64,000 nucleotides of DNA from an uncultured Methanosarcinales archaeon. Its GTDB lineage: Archaea > Nanobdellota > Nanobdellia > Woesearchaeales > SKGA01. The notes beneath the pieces are model-generated. The model made no database searches. It was not told the DNA's origin and saw only the letters and a program-made list of their open reading frames with translations. The position numbers and the translations under genes were made by a program. The stretch's first letter is position 1; the number at the start of each line of letters is the position of its first letter. Below are positions 27,368 to 35,771 of this stretch, piece after piece. The DNA lies in contig CAYRYB010000001.1 in NCBI GenBank assembly GCA_964428395.1, positions 139,971-203,970 of the forward strand, in the 5' to 3' direction.

Positions 27368-27597
27368 TTTTTTCTTTTATTTTTCTTTGTCAAGAGCGTT
27401 TTTTCCAAAGAAGAAAACATAAGAGCAACACGCAAACAAGCAAGGACAGTTGCACTAAAGAGAAAGTCCAAGAAAACAATCTAGCGGTAGCTTAAACACT
27501 TCTTAGCGTTTAATGCAAATAACTTTTTAGGCAGAGCCAGAACTGACAAACATTTATAAATGACTTCTCGTTCTTCAAACATACAGCAAGTTCTCAT

Positions 27598-27672
27598 AGC
27601 GGGATGGAGCAGCCAGGAGTGCTCGCAGGGCTCATAACCCTGAGGTCGGAGGTTCAAATCCTCTTCCCGCTA
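27598..27672 (+). tRNA. initiator tRNA-Met (anticodon CAU), archaeal type
   Basis: Acceptor AGCGGGA/TCCCGCT with A1:U72, the archaeal initiator hallmark. GGG/CCC triple in the anticodon stem. Loop CTCATAA. 75 nt, no encoded CCA. An upstream TATA-like atttataaa lies at about 27552-27560. Confidence 0.85.
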
Positions 27673-27700
27673 TTTCTTTTCAATTCTTCATCAGAAATAT

Positions 27701-27925
27701 TCACATCGAAAACTGGTTCGATTCCTTTCTCAACAAGAAGTGCATTGCTTCTTTAAGTTTTCGCCCGAGGTCGTTGTTTTCTTGCATAATCTTGTCGTGT
27801 CTTGTTTTGATTATCACTTCTAACTCTTCGCCTTTGACAGTAAGTCTAGAGCTAATAAGTGGTGCAGGCACAACAATTGAATGGGAATTTCCCACTTTCA
27901 TCAGTTTTGCAGTGAATTTTACCAT
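27701..27925 (-). CDS. AbrB/SpoVT (swapped-hairpin) family small DNA-binding protein (antitoxin-like)
   Basis: N-terminus MVKFTAKLMKVGNSHSIVVPAPL matches the K-VGNS-x-x-V/I-P signature of the AbrB/MazE/VapB family. Confidence 0.55.
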   Translation of the reverse strand: MVKFTAKLMKVGNSHSIVVPAPLISSRLTVKGEELEVIIKTRHDKIMQENNDLGRKLKEAMHFLLRKESNQFSM

Positions 27926-28004
27926 GTAGCTTTTCCTCCGTTGTTTAAACAGATTGTTATAATGGAAATCACTTAAAATATGAGAATGTTACGCTAAATG
28001 TTAC

Positions 28005-28214
28005 ATGGAAGAGTTATTACCATTATTTCGAAGCAAATTAAAGGTTGCAATACTGGAAAGTCTCAAAGAAGATACTATGAGTCCTATTATGCTTGCAAAG
28101 AAACTAAAGAAACCACGTTCAAGCATTAGTAGAATCATCTTAGAATTGGAAGAATTAGGCTGGGTGAACACGAAGAGTGGTGAGAAAGTTCTAAAAAAGT
28201 TTATAGTTCAGTAA
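28005..28214 (+). CDS. small winged-helix (ArsR-like) transcriptional regulator
   Basis: 69 aa. LAKKLKKPRSSISRIILELEELGWVN is an HTH recognition helix followed by a wing. Confidence 0.5.
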   Translation: MEELLPLFRSKLKVAILESLKEDTMSPIMLAKKLKKPRSSISRIILELEELGWVNTKSGEKVLKKFIVQ

Positions 28215-28219
28215 CATCA

Positions 28220-29176
28220 CTATTTTAATTCTATTTTTGTCAGAATTTGATCAAAAATTGCAGAATATTTCTTAATATTCTCTCGCATTTTTTTGCAATT
28301 CTCAAAATTAAATTCAAAAGATCCATAGAATATTTTCCCACTATCATCAATAGTTTCAGACTTATGAGCCAATTCATTTCGAGGTGTTATTATTTCTGTA
28401 CAATATGATTCAAAACTAAATGGTGTAGTTAAACCGATTTTGTTTATTACAGTTTCAACCGCTTCACCTTTTTTATGAGTTCCAAAAATAAATTCATCAA
28501 TGAAACTGTTAAATGAACTCCCGGAATATTCTTTTTTCTCTTGTACTAGATCTTTTACGTATAAATTCAAATATTTTTTTAAATCTTTTAGTTTATTAAA
28601 AGACCAATCTACTGTCTTGGTTATTACTTCCTCAATAAAAAAATCAGGAGTCACTAATTCTTTTTCAATAGAGCGACGTAAGATTTTTTTCTTTTTATCA
28701 TCAAGATCAGACACTTCCGCCATAACCAATCCTCGCAAATTTTCAGGATCTTGAATTTTTTTTATAGTACTTAAAAATATTTGTTTAAACTTTTCTAAAA
28801 AGAAATGATCATCACGCTCAGAACAATAAACTCCATCAATTTGTCTTTCACTTATAAGTTTTCTAAGTTTTTCCTCATCAGTTTCTTGATTAGAATAAAA
28901 AAGAACATCGGTATAATGATTACCATCTCGGATGTCTTTTATTATATCAGCACCAGATTCATAATATCCTAAGTCAAAGTCCATTAAAATGATATTATAA
29001 TCACTATATGTTCCATGATCCTCATTAAATTCACTTTTCGTCGAGATTTTTATTATATCTGCATCATTCTCACAGATAAACCCTTCCAATTGAACAATTT
29101 TTACAACTTCTTCACTTAACTCTTCAACCCAGTCTGGATCATCATCAAACCACAGAATTCTATACCTTAACTTCAT
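28220..29176 (-). CDS. response-regulator receiver (REC) domain protein with C-terminal effector-like domain bearing an Rx4H (HEPN-like) motif
   Basis: REC signatures: beta1 RILWFDDDPD (acidic pair) and beta3 IILMDFDLG (phospho-acceptor Asp). The ~200-aa C-terminal domain contains ...ITPRNELAHK (R-N-x3-H). Its stop overlaps the start of the GHKL/HK gene. Confidence 0.6.
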   Translation of the reverse strand: MKLRYRILWFDDDPDWVEELSEEVVKIVQLEGFICENDADIIKISTKSEFNEDHGTYSDYNIILMDFDLGYYESGADIIKDIRDGNHYTDVLFYSNQETDEEKLRKLISERQIDGVYCSERDDHFFLEKFKQIFLSTIKKIQDPENLRGLVMAEVSDLDDKKKKILRRSIEKELVTPDFFIEEVITKTVDWSFNKLKDLKKYLNLYVKDLVQEKKEYSGSSFNSFIDEFIFGTHKKGEAVETVINKIGLTTPFSFESYCTEIITPRNELAHKSETIDDSGKIFYGSFEFNFENCKKMRENIKKYSAIFDQILTKIELK

Positions 29177-31692
29177 TCTTTTATCTCCATCAATAATTTA
29201 ATTCCTTTCTTTTCGCTTGAAACCGTTAACTTACCATTAAGATCTTTGACAATATTTTTTGAATCATATAATCCAAGACCTGATCCTCCTGTTGTAGATA
29301 TTCCTTGTTCAAATATTGTTGCTGGGTTTTTACTAAATCTTTTGGGCAAACCATCACCATCATCTTTTATTTCAACAATTAATGAAGAACCTTTTTTAGT
29401 AAATGAAAAGAATATTTTTTTAGCGTTCATCTTTCGAGCATTATCTAATATACAGTCAACCATGTATGCAATCTCGAACGGTTTAATACGTTTTTTGAAG
29501 GAAAATTCTTCATCTTGAATTGTATATATTTTTAATGTTGAGAGCTTATTCTTATGAATATTCTGCAAATACTGTTTGAAAAAATCCACTAAATTTACTT
29601 TTTTTCCATTAAGTTCTTCCGTTAATCCTCCTTGAATTGCAATATTCGCTATTGTAAATATTTGTTTATTAACTCGATTTAATTTCTTTGCTTTCTCTAT
29701 CACTCCGCCAGTTTCTGATTCTTTCAAAATTTTCTTTGTTAATAATTCAACTGTTTGAGATTTTGTTTTAATATAATGATAATATCGAACAAGTTGTTCC
29801 TTGCTCTGGTCTTGTATCGATTTCAAAAAAATGTTCTGAGTTTCTAATTCTTCTTTTTCTTCTTTACTTTTCTTCGCTTCTTCTTCGGCTTTTTTTGCTT
29901 TTGATTCCGCTTTCTTTTTCTCTTCTTCAGCTTTTTTACTTTTTTGTTCAGCTTGTTTAGCTTTCGATTCTGCTTTTTTTCTTTTTTCTTCTTCCCCTTT
30001 TGCCTTTCTAGTTAATAAAGCAATCGACTTTTTTATATTCGACATTCCTTTTGAAGTATTTGTATCAAGTTTTATGCCCTCATTTTCTATCTTGGAGATG
30101 AAGTTATTAATTTTTTCATGTTGCTCTTTTGCTAAACCTTTCATTAAGTCAGTATCTATTGTTAAATTAAGAATATCATTCTTATTAGATGTTATGAGAA
30201 TAACTTTACTGAGCTGAGATAATATTGTTAGTTCTCGTTCGGTTTGATCTCCTTTAAGAGATTCTCTTCTAGGGTCATAATCAAATATTCCTGCCTCAAC
30301 ACCTTTCAAATAAGGATCGTTTTTATCTTTGACTTTATCCCAATCAATAACATCAGAAACAAAGAGTTCTAACTTTCTTAAAACATAATAAAAAAATGAT
30401 TTTGTAAAATCAGTTCTACCAATTGCAGTTAATTGATCATACGATGGGTTTTTAACTAATCCTTCCCTATTTGAGACAATCGTAAATAGCTCATTCTTTG
30501 GATCAGTTATTTCTATTCTACCAATACAGTCTCGAGTTCCTAGATACCTTCTTTGACCTTGAGTTTTACGTATATCAAGACCTAGCCAATCATTTCCGAA
30601 ATCTCCAAATGGACTTAATCTAAAACCATTAATAAAAAGAAATATGGATCCAAATTCAACAGACCTATATCCCATCTGACGTTTAAAATATGCTTTGGCA
30701 TATTGGTTTAAGTAAGTTAAGTGTACTCTAATATTTTTTAATAAAGAAAACTTGTTCTTTTCTTTAAGATGAAAAACAACTCGATTCCTATCTTTTAGTG
30801 TTGTAGTTATATATTTTCCATCTTTAGAAATTTCACAAGTGATTTCTGAAACCCTAAATGCTAACGAATCAAATATTTTATTTTCTACAAGAGTTCTATT
30901 CAGATAATTGTATTCTTCAACATCATCTTTATCAGTTAAATCATAATCTTCTTTGCTCAGATCTTCAACACATAACGATATTTTAAATGAATTTTTTTGT
31001 ATACTTTGATTCGGATTAATTAACTTTTCCAAGTTTTTTTTTAAATCAATTAAAGGAGTATAATAATATTCATCTTGCGATAATTCAATCCATTCTCTTC
31101 TTAATCGACTAATCTCAAGTATTGTTCCTGCACTTTCAATTGTATACCCAATCTTTTTCTTTAATTCAGTTGGTGTTAACGAATCCATTAACTTGATTCC
31201 TACTTTTTGTATAACATCATTAACAGAATTCTTATTCTCGAAATCATTCCAGTTAATTTGCAAATGCCATATTTTTGAATCTTTTTTAGATTTAGTATAA
31301 AGATCTAAATACTCACCAAGCCGATCACAAGAAAATCTGCCTACTCCTTTCGCCCCTGCTTGTACTCGTCCAAACTTTTCTCTATCTTCTCTTTTTGAAG
31401 AATAAGCAATGTTAAGCCATTTTTCTTCAATGTCCTTTAAAGACATCCCTTCTCCTGAATCAACAATTAATATTTTAGAGGATGAATCAATTAGTTCATC
31501 CCTTACAGTCGAATTTGTATCAAAATTAATGTTCTTTTTCAGATTTCGAAAATGTATTTTTACTAATTTAGAACCAGCATCAAATGAATTTTTAATTAAT
31601 TCTTGAATAGCTACAAAATCATCGTTAATTAAATCCTGTCCAAGAACATTTTTTAAGTGTGCATTTGTTTTAAAGTGTAAAGTTTTAACCAT
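29173..31692 (-). CDS. 839-aa protein: N-terminal MORC/MutL-type GHKL ATPase + charged coiled-coil + C-terminal histidine-kinase module (putative HisKA_2-like H-box + HATPase_c)
   Basis: N-terminus ELIKNSFDAG (Bergerat N-box), VDSGEGM (G1) and GAKGVGRFS (G2). Middle KAKGEEEKRKKAESKAKQAEQKSKKAEEEKKKAESKAKK. C-terminus YYHYIKTKSQTVELL (putative phospho-His region), ILDNARK (N-box), DDGDGLP (G1) and GGSGLGL (G2). Confidence 0.7.
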   Translation of the reverse strand: MVKTLHFKTNAHLKNVLGQDLINDDFVAIQELIKNSFDAGSKLVKIHFRNLKKNINFDTNSTVRDELIDSSSKILIVDSGEGMSLKDIEEKWLNIAYSSKREDREKFGRVQAGAKGVGRFSCDRLGEYLDLYTKSKKDSKIWHLQINWNDFENKNSVNDVIQKVGIKLMDSLTPTELKKKIGYTIESAGTILEISRLRREWIELSQDEYYYTPLIDLKKNLEKLINPNQSIQKNSFKISLCVEDLSKEDYDLTDKDDVEEYNYLNRTLVENKIFDSLAFRVSEITCEISKDGKYITTTLKDRNRVVFHLKEKNKFSLLKNIRVHLTYLNQYAKAYFKRQMGYRSVEFGSIFLFINGFRLSPFGDFGNDWLGLDIRKTQGQRRYLGTRDCIGRIEITDPKNELFTIVSNREGLVKNPSYDQLTAIGRTDFTKSFFYYVLRKLELFVSDVIDWDKVKDKNDPYLKGVEAGIFDYDPRRESLKGDQTERELTILSQLSKVILITSNKNDILNLTIDTDLMKGLAKEQHEKINNFISKIENEGIKLDTNTSKGMSNIKKSIALLTRKAKGEEEKRKKAESKAKQAEQKSKKAEEEKKKAESKAKKAEEEAKKSKEEKEELETQNIFLKSIQDQSKEQLVRYYHYIKTKSQTVELLTKKILKESETGGVIEKAKKLNRVNKQIFTIANIAIQGGLTEELNGKKVNLVDFFKQYLQNIHKNKLSTLKIYTIQDEEFSFKKRIKPFEIAYMVDCILDNARKMNAKKIFFSFTKKGSSLIVEIKDDGDGLPKRFSKNPATIFEQGISTTGGSGLGLYDSKNIVKDLNGKLTVSSEKKGIKLLMEIKE

Positions 31693-32992
31693 TTAGACTC
31701 GCCTTTGAACAACAATTACAGTTTAGCTCTGTATTATTACTTTGAGTTATATTAGTAACTTCTCCCTTAATAGATGAGGGCGAGCTTCTTTTTAAATATT
31801 CTTTCAAAACAATGCCTAAAATCTCTCCAAATAGCGGAGGTATAGCATTTCCAATTTGAGTATACCTTGGCACTTCTAATTTTCTGTTTTTTCCACCCGT
31901 AGTGTATTTTCCCTTGAATTCAAAAGTATCGGGGAATGACTGAATTCTTGCATATTCTCGAACAGTTAAAATTCGAGGTTCTTCATAATGAATATAATCA
32001 TCAGGTAGAGTTGTTAAAGTTGGAGATGTCCCATTAGAATCTAAAGGAATTATGCAATGTTTCTTTAGATTAAACTTCTTCTTTAACTCGTCAGAAACAT
32101 TTGTATTTCTATTTGCCTTGCTTAATATGTATCTAAATCGTTTTATTGTTTCAGTTGAATGATTTGGAAAACGATGACTATCAGGATTTGAAGATCGAGA
32201 TAAACCTTTTTTCATCAATGATTGATATGAAGAATTTTTTTTACCATAGAGTCCTGCTTTGAATCGAGGATTGTCTGGAGAATTAATCAACCCATTAGAC
32301 TGAAACAAGTCTCCTATTGCATCCTTTACAGTTGTTTTGCGAGTAATAGGCAAACCTTTCTGCTTTAGAAATTCTTTCTTATATTGATAAATATTCTCAA
32401 ATATGTCTTGGGCTTTACCTTTTTTAGTTCCAATTATAATACATCTTTCCCTTCTTTGTGGTACGCCAAAATCAGAGAAATTTATGATTTTCCAATCAAC
32501 ATCATATCCAAACTCTTTCAATTTGTTAGTGACAATTTCAGAATAAGCAATTCCTCGAGAATTATTTTTTGTTTTAAATCCTATAGTGAACCCCTTAACA
32601 TTTTCAAAAACAATTACTTGAGGTTGTACTAATTCTACAAAAGTTAAATATAATCTCAGAAGAAGATTCCTAGTGTCAGACTCATTTCTACGACCTGCCA
32701 TTGAAAACCCTTGACATGGTGGTCCCCCCACCAGTAAAGTTACGTTTCCTCTTAACGAACGTAATTGATCTGATTTTTCATCTATTAATTCATTAATATC
32801 ATGATTTGACTTTTCCAACCAAGGCACCCATTTAAAGTGCTTTGTCTTATCAATTAAATTAAATTTTAATGTCTCGAAAGCTAAAGAATCTTTTTCAATT
32901 GCAAATAGTCCCTTCCAATTAGCATTATGAAGTCCTAATGAAATGCCTCCACAGCCTGCAAAAATATCTATATAGTTGAAACTAGACTTCAT
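31685..32992 (-). CDS. DNA (cytosine-5)-methyltransferase (Dcm family)
   Basis: Motif I IDIFAGCGGISLGL. Motif IV GGPPCQGFSMAG. Motif VI ENVKGF. Motif X QIGNAIPP. The start of the downstream GHKL/HK gene overlaps by 8 nt. Confidence 0.9.
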   Translation of the reverse strand: MKSSFNYIDIFAGCGGISLGLHNANWKGLFAIEKDSLAFETLKFNLIDKTKHFKWVPWLEKSNHDINELIDEKSDQLRSLRGNVTLLVGGPPCQGFSMAGRRNESDTRNLLLRLYLTFVELVQPQVIVFENVKGFTIGFKTKNNSRGIAYSEIVTNKLKEFGYDVDWKIINFSDFGVPQRRERCIIIGTKKGKAQDIFENIYQYKKEFLKQKGLPITRKTTVKDAIGDLFQSNGLINSPDNPRFKAGLYGKKNSSYQSLMKKGLSRSSNPDSHRFPNHSTETIKRFRYILSKANRNTNVSDELKKKFNLKKHCIIPLDSNGTSPTLTTLPDDYIHYEEPRILTVREYARIQSFPDTFEFKGKYTTGGKNRKLEVPRYTQIGNAIPPLFGEILGIVLKEYLKRSSPSSIKGEVTNITQSNNTELNCNCCSKASLNG

Positions 32993-33046
32993 GTTAACAC
33001 TTTAGACGAACCTGGTTATAAACTTTTCGTTTATAAATGGGTATTA

Positions 33047-33391
33047 TTAAGGATCTGTTTGAGATGTTTTTTTATAAGCATATACCCATGAAGCATCATT
33101 ATCTCCACCACCAGTGCCACCATCTGTTCCAATAGTTTCAATAAAATATTTTTCAATTTCACGTGCTTCTGTAGAGTTCATAGCTTCCCTGAAAGCATAC
33201 CATGCATTTTCTTTTTGTACTTTATGATCTCCAAAGAGTCTTTGCTCGATATTTTGCGTTATTCCTACATACCAACTAGATTTAGCTCCACCTTCCTTGT
33301 TGATATGAGCTAGTATTTCTTGTTTAATTTGTTCTTTTTCTTTTTTCATTTTAAACACTAGTAATAGATTGGTTAAGATATATTTAAACAC
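33047..33391 (-). CDS. small GIY-YIG superfamily (YhbQ/UPF0213-like) putative nuclease
   Basis: 114 aa. SWYVGITQNIEQRLFGDH matches the second half of the GIY-YIG signature (Y-x-G-x-T-x-N/D-x-x-x-R-x-x-x-H), with a downstream Glu. Confidence 0.45.
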   Translation of the reverse strand: MFKYILTNLLLVFKMKKEKEQIKQEILAHINKEGGAKSSWYVGITQNIEQRLFGDHKVQKENAWYAFREAMNSTEAREIEKYFIETIGTDGGTGGGDNDASWVYAYKKTSQTDP

Positions 33392-33481
33392 TCTGTGTTG
33401 ATGTCCAGTGAGGTATAGAAATTATTGAATTGCACTTATAAATCAGGATAAAAAACTAAAATTAAAGGCTCTCACGAGCCC

Positions 33482-33598
33482 TCAAAACTTCAATTCATAG
33501 CTTTTTCCTTCTTCAAGTATTTTTGTTTCTATGAAACCTTCAAGCACTTCAAAACCATATTCATCGCCAATTTTGACTAGTTTTGCTTCTATTTTCAT
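33482..33598 (-). CDS. possible 38-aa ORF with AbrB-like N-terminal beta-hairpin motif (MKIEAKLVKIGDEYGFEV...)
   Basis: Found manually. ATG preceded by the SD-like aaggtg and a TATA-like atttataaat about 31-40 nt upstream (plus coordinates 33629-33638). Shares the AKL-x-K-x-G motif with ORF 27701..27925. Confidence 0.3.
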   Translation of the reverse strand: MKIEAKLVKIGDEYGFEVLEGFIETKILEEGKSYELKF

Positions 33599-33762
33599 TT
33601 TTATTGCACCTTCACACACTTTTTTGCATTTATAAATAATTGATTAGAATTAAGTTGGTCAGTGGTTCTAGTCAAGACTTCGCTATTGTCCTTTAATTTT
33701 TTACCAGCACATTTTTTCCGAATATGTTCTAAATAGAATATTTTCTGAATAGAAAGAGAGTT

Positions 33763-34632
33763 TTAAAATAACGTTCCTTGTAATTCATCCGCTTTTCGTT
33801 CTTGAGCAGTTTTCTTTCCTCTTATAGCATAATCATTTTTAAAAGCATATGCTCGTGGAAAAGAAACCTCGTTTGCTAAAGGACAGTACTGTTCACACAC
33901 CGCATCATTTTTCATTAAACACAATTGTCCTGCAGTCCATAAAAAAGCATCGAGTTCAAAAATATTCACGCCTTGCTCTTTTGCAAGATCACGAAGAAAG
34001 TAACTATATTTCTTTTTTGTTTCAGTTGATTGCAAAGGATTTTCGTTGCGTATTATTCCTAAAGCAAGAGCTATATTATAATCGTGAAAGTCAATTTTAG
34101 GACAAAAATCTTCTTCATGAGAAAAAGTGAAAAGGGTATGATCTCGAAGAGTGTGCACATAAAGCCCCGAAAGTCCTTCTGAAAATCCTTTAAAATCTAA
34201 AAGTCTTTTTTGTGTTGTTACAATGTCTTTATCTAGTACATTATAGATATCTCCACCATACTTACTTTTAATGAGTTCGTAAGATGTTTGTAGATAATCT
34301 CCTTTTTTAGCCATTGAATGCATAGACTGTCGAGCAAAAATTGCTGCTTCTTTTTTTGAAAGAGAAAGGATGCTTTCAAGAGTAAAAAAAATTTTATCTT
34401 TTTTATACAAAGCGAGAACTTCTTTATAATGTTTTTTTGACTCTTTTTGTGTGTCAAAAAGAACAGCCAGAAAAGCAAGAAGAGCAAGTCGCTTTGGCGT
34501 CTCTATTTCTTTAAGAGGAACTAAAAGGTCTTGTTGATAGGCAAGATGAGAAAATTGTTCATTAAATTTCTTTCCTTGTTTCTTGAAGGGTTCAATAAGT
34601 GTTTTTACTGCTCGTTCCTTATCAAAATTCAC
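33763..34632 (-). CDS. hypothetical protein (289 aa), Cys cluster near the C-terminus
   Basis: Clean ORF. C-terminus C-x7-C-x3-C. No confident family assignment; a DNA-repair-like role is only a guess. Confidence 0.45.
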   Translation of the reverse strand: MNFDKERAVKTLIEPFKKQGKKFNEQFSHLAYQQDLLVPLKEIETPKRLALLAFLAVLFDTQKESKKHYKEVLALYKKDKIFFTLESILSLSKKEAAIFARQSMHSMAKKGDYLQTSYELIKSKYGGDIYNVLDKDIVTTQKRLLDFKGFSEGLSGLYVHTLRDHTLFTFSHEEDFCPKIDFHDYNIALALGIIRNENPLQSTETKKKYSYFLRDLAKEQGVNIFELDAFLWTAGQLCLMKNDAVCEQYCPLANEVSFPRAYAFKNDYAIRGKKTAQERKADELQGTLF

Positions 34633-34666
34633 TAATCATCACCTAGTACTCCAACAAAGAAATTGC

Positions 34667-34951
34667 TCATTCTTCCTCCAGTCCAAAACTTTCTACGAAT
34701 CGTATGATTGTTTTGTATTCTGCCAGATAATCATATCCTTTTTTTGTAAGGATATACGTTTTAGAATTATTTTTTCCTTCTTGTTCTTTTACAAAGCCTT
34801 TCTTAATAAGTTCTTTAAGGTAGTCACTCATCATTTGATGTGAAAGGTTTGATTTGTACAAAAGATGCGTTGGCTTTATCTCGCCACCTTTCAATTTAAT
34901 AGCATTGAGAATATCATGTATGATTTCTAAACGTCCTCGTTTTTTACTCAT
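34667..34951 (-). CDS. small archaeal winged-helix protein
   Basis: 94 aa. RLEIIHDILNAIKLKGGEIKPTHLLYKSNLSHQMMSDYLKELIKKGFV is a typical wHTH. Overlaps the upstream membrane-protein gene by 4 nt. Confidence 0.5.
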   Translation of the reverse strand: MSKKRGRLEIIHDILNAIKLKGGEIKPTHLLYKSNLSHQMMSDYLKELIKKGFVKEQEGKNNSKTYILTKKGYDYLAEYKTIIRFVESFGLEEE

Positions 34952-35622
34952 TGTCGTACAACCCGAAAAAAACTTGCCAGTAAAAGCAAGTAACCAACCA
35001 AACTAATAAAATGCCCCGCCAGATATAACCAGTTGAGCGTTGTTGCAAATGCTAATTGTAAGTTTCCTAAAAAGAGCAGTCCAAAACTTAAAAAAATTAA
35101 AAGAGAATTAAGTGATGGTTTTTGCGTATGATGTTGATAATATTGTAATGTTATAAAAAGCAAATAAATGCTGGTAATAGTATAAAATGTAATACCTAAA
35201 TGAGTGCTCATAATAAGTGCGGTAAGACTTAATAAGAAAAGCAATAAAAAAATTTTTATTCCTCGCTCTTTAAGAGTAACGTATGATAATAATGTTAAGC
35301 CAAGTATCATTAGAATCGTATGCAGTCCTACTGCTATAAAACTGAGTTGAAATGTTGTTCGCATGCTTAACCCCACACTAGAAAGTAAACGCATACTTTG
35401 CACGCCAGATAAAAGAAAATAATTAAACACTGCTTCTATAAAATAGGCAAAACTGACACTTACAAATGCTAGTCCAAAGAGAAGGGATGAACGTTGTCGC
35501 GATATTTTATAGACTTTATAAGCAAAAAGAGCTATAAAAAAGGTTACCAGCGAGAAAATAAGCTGCATAATAATCTTTGATGCTCCAAACCACACGGGCG
35601 CTGAACAGGCAATAAGTTGCAT
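34948..35622 (-). CDS. polytopic membrane protein, unknown function
   Basis: 224 aa with about 7 hydrophobic helices. Confidence 0.5.
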   Translation of the reverse strand: MQLIACSAPVWFGASKIIMQLIFSLVTFFIALFAYKVYKISRQRSSLLFGLAFVSVSFAYFIEAVFNYFLLSGVQSMRLLSSVGLSMRTTFQLSFIAVGLHTILMILGLTLLSYVTLKERGIKIFLLLFLLSLTALIMSTHLGITFYTITSIYLLFITLQYYQHHTQKPSLNSLLIFLSFGLLFLGNLQLAFATTLNWLYLAGHFISLVGYLLLLASFFRVVRQ

Positions 35623-35771
35623 AATGAACTACTAGAATGGAGTTCCACTTTTAAGCTTTACGAACGCGAGTTCTAGAACAAAGGTCAATAGGAGTCCTTA
35701 CTATCCTTTATAAATAAACAAGTCCGTATAATTGTAATAAGAAACACATTGAACACATTGAGGTGAAATAC

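Noticed and set aside
27701-27925. Considered calling an AbrB (antitoxin) - toxin pair next to the tRNA
   Set aside because: No adjacent PIN/MazF-like toxin ORF is visible. The neighbouring 28005-28214 product is a wHTH, not a toxin.
33763-34632. Considered annotating as a DNA glycosylase (AGOG/Ogg-like) because of a C-terminal Cys cluster and repair-like context near the MTase
   Set aside because: No HhH-GPD motif or canonical Cx6Cx2Cx5C FCL spacing. Kept as hypothetical.
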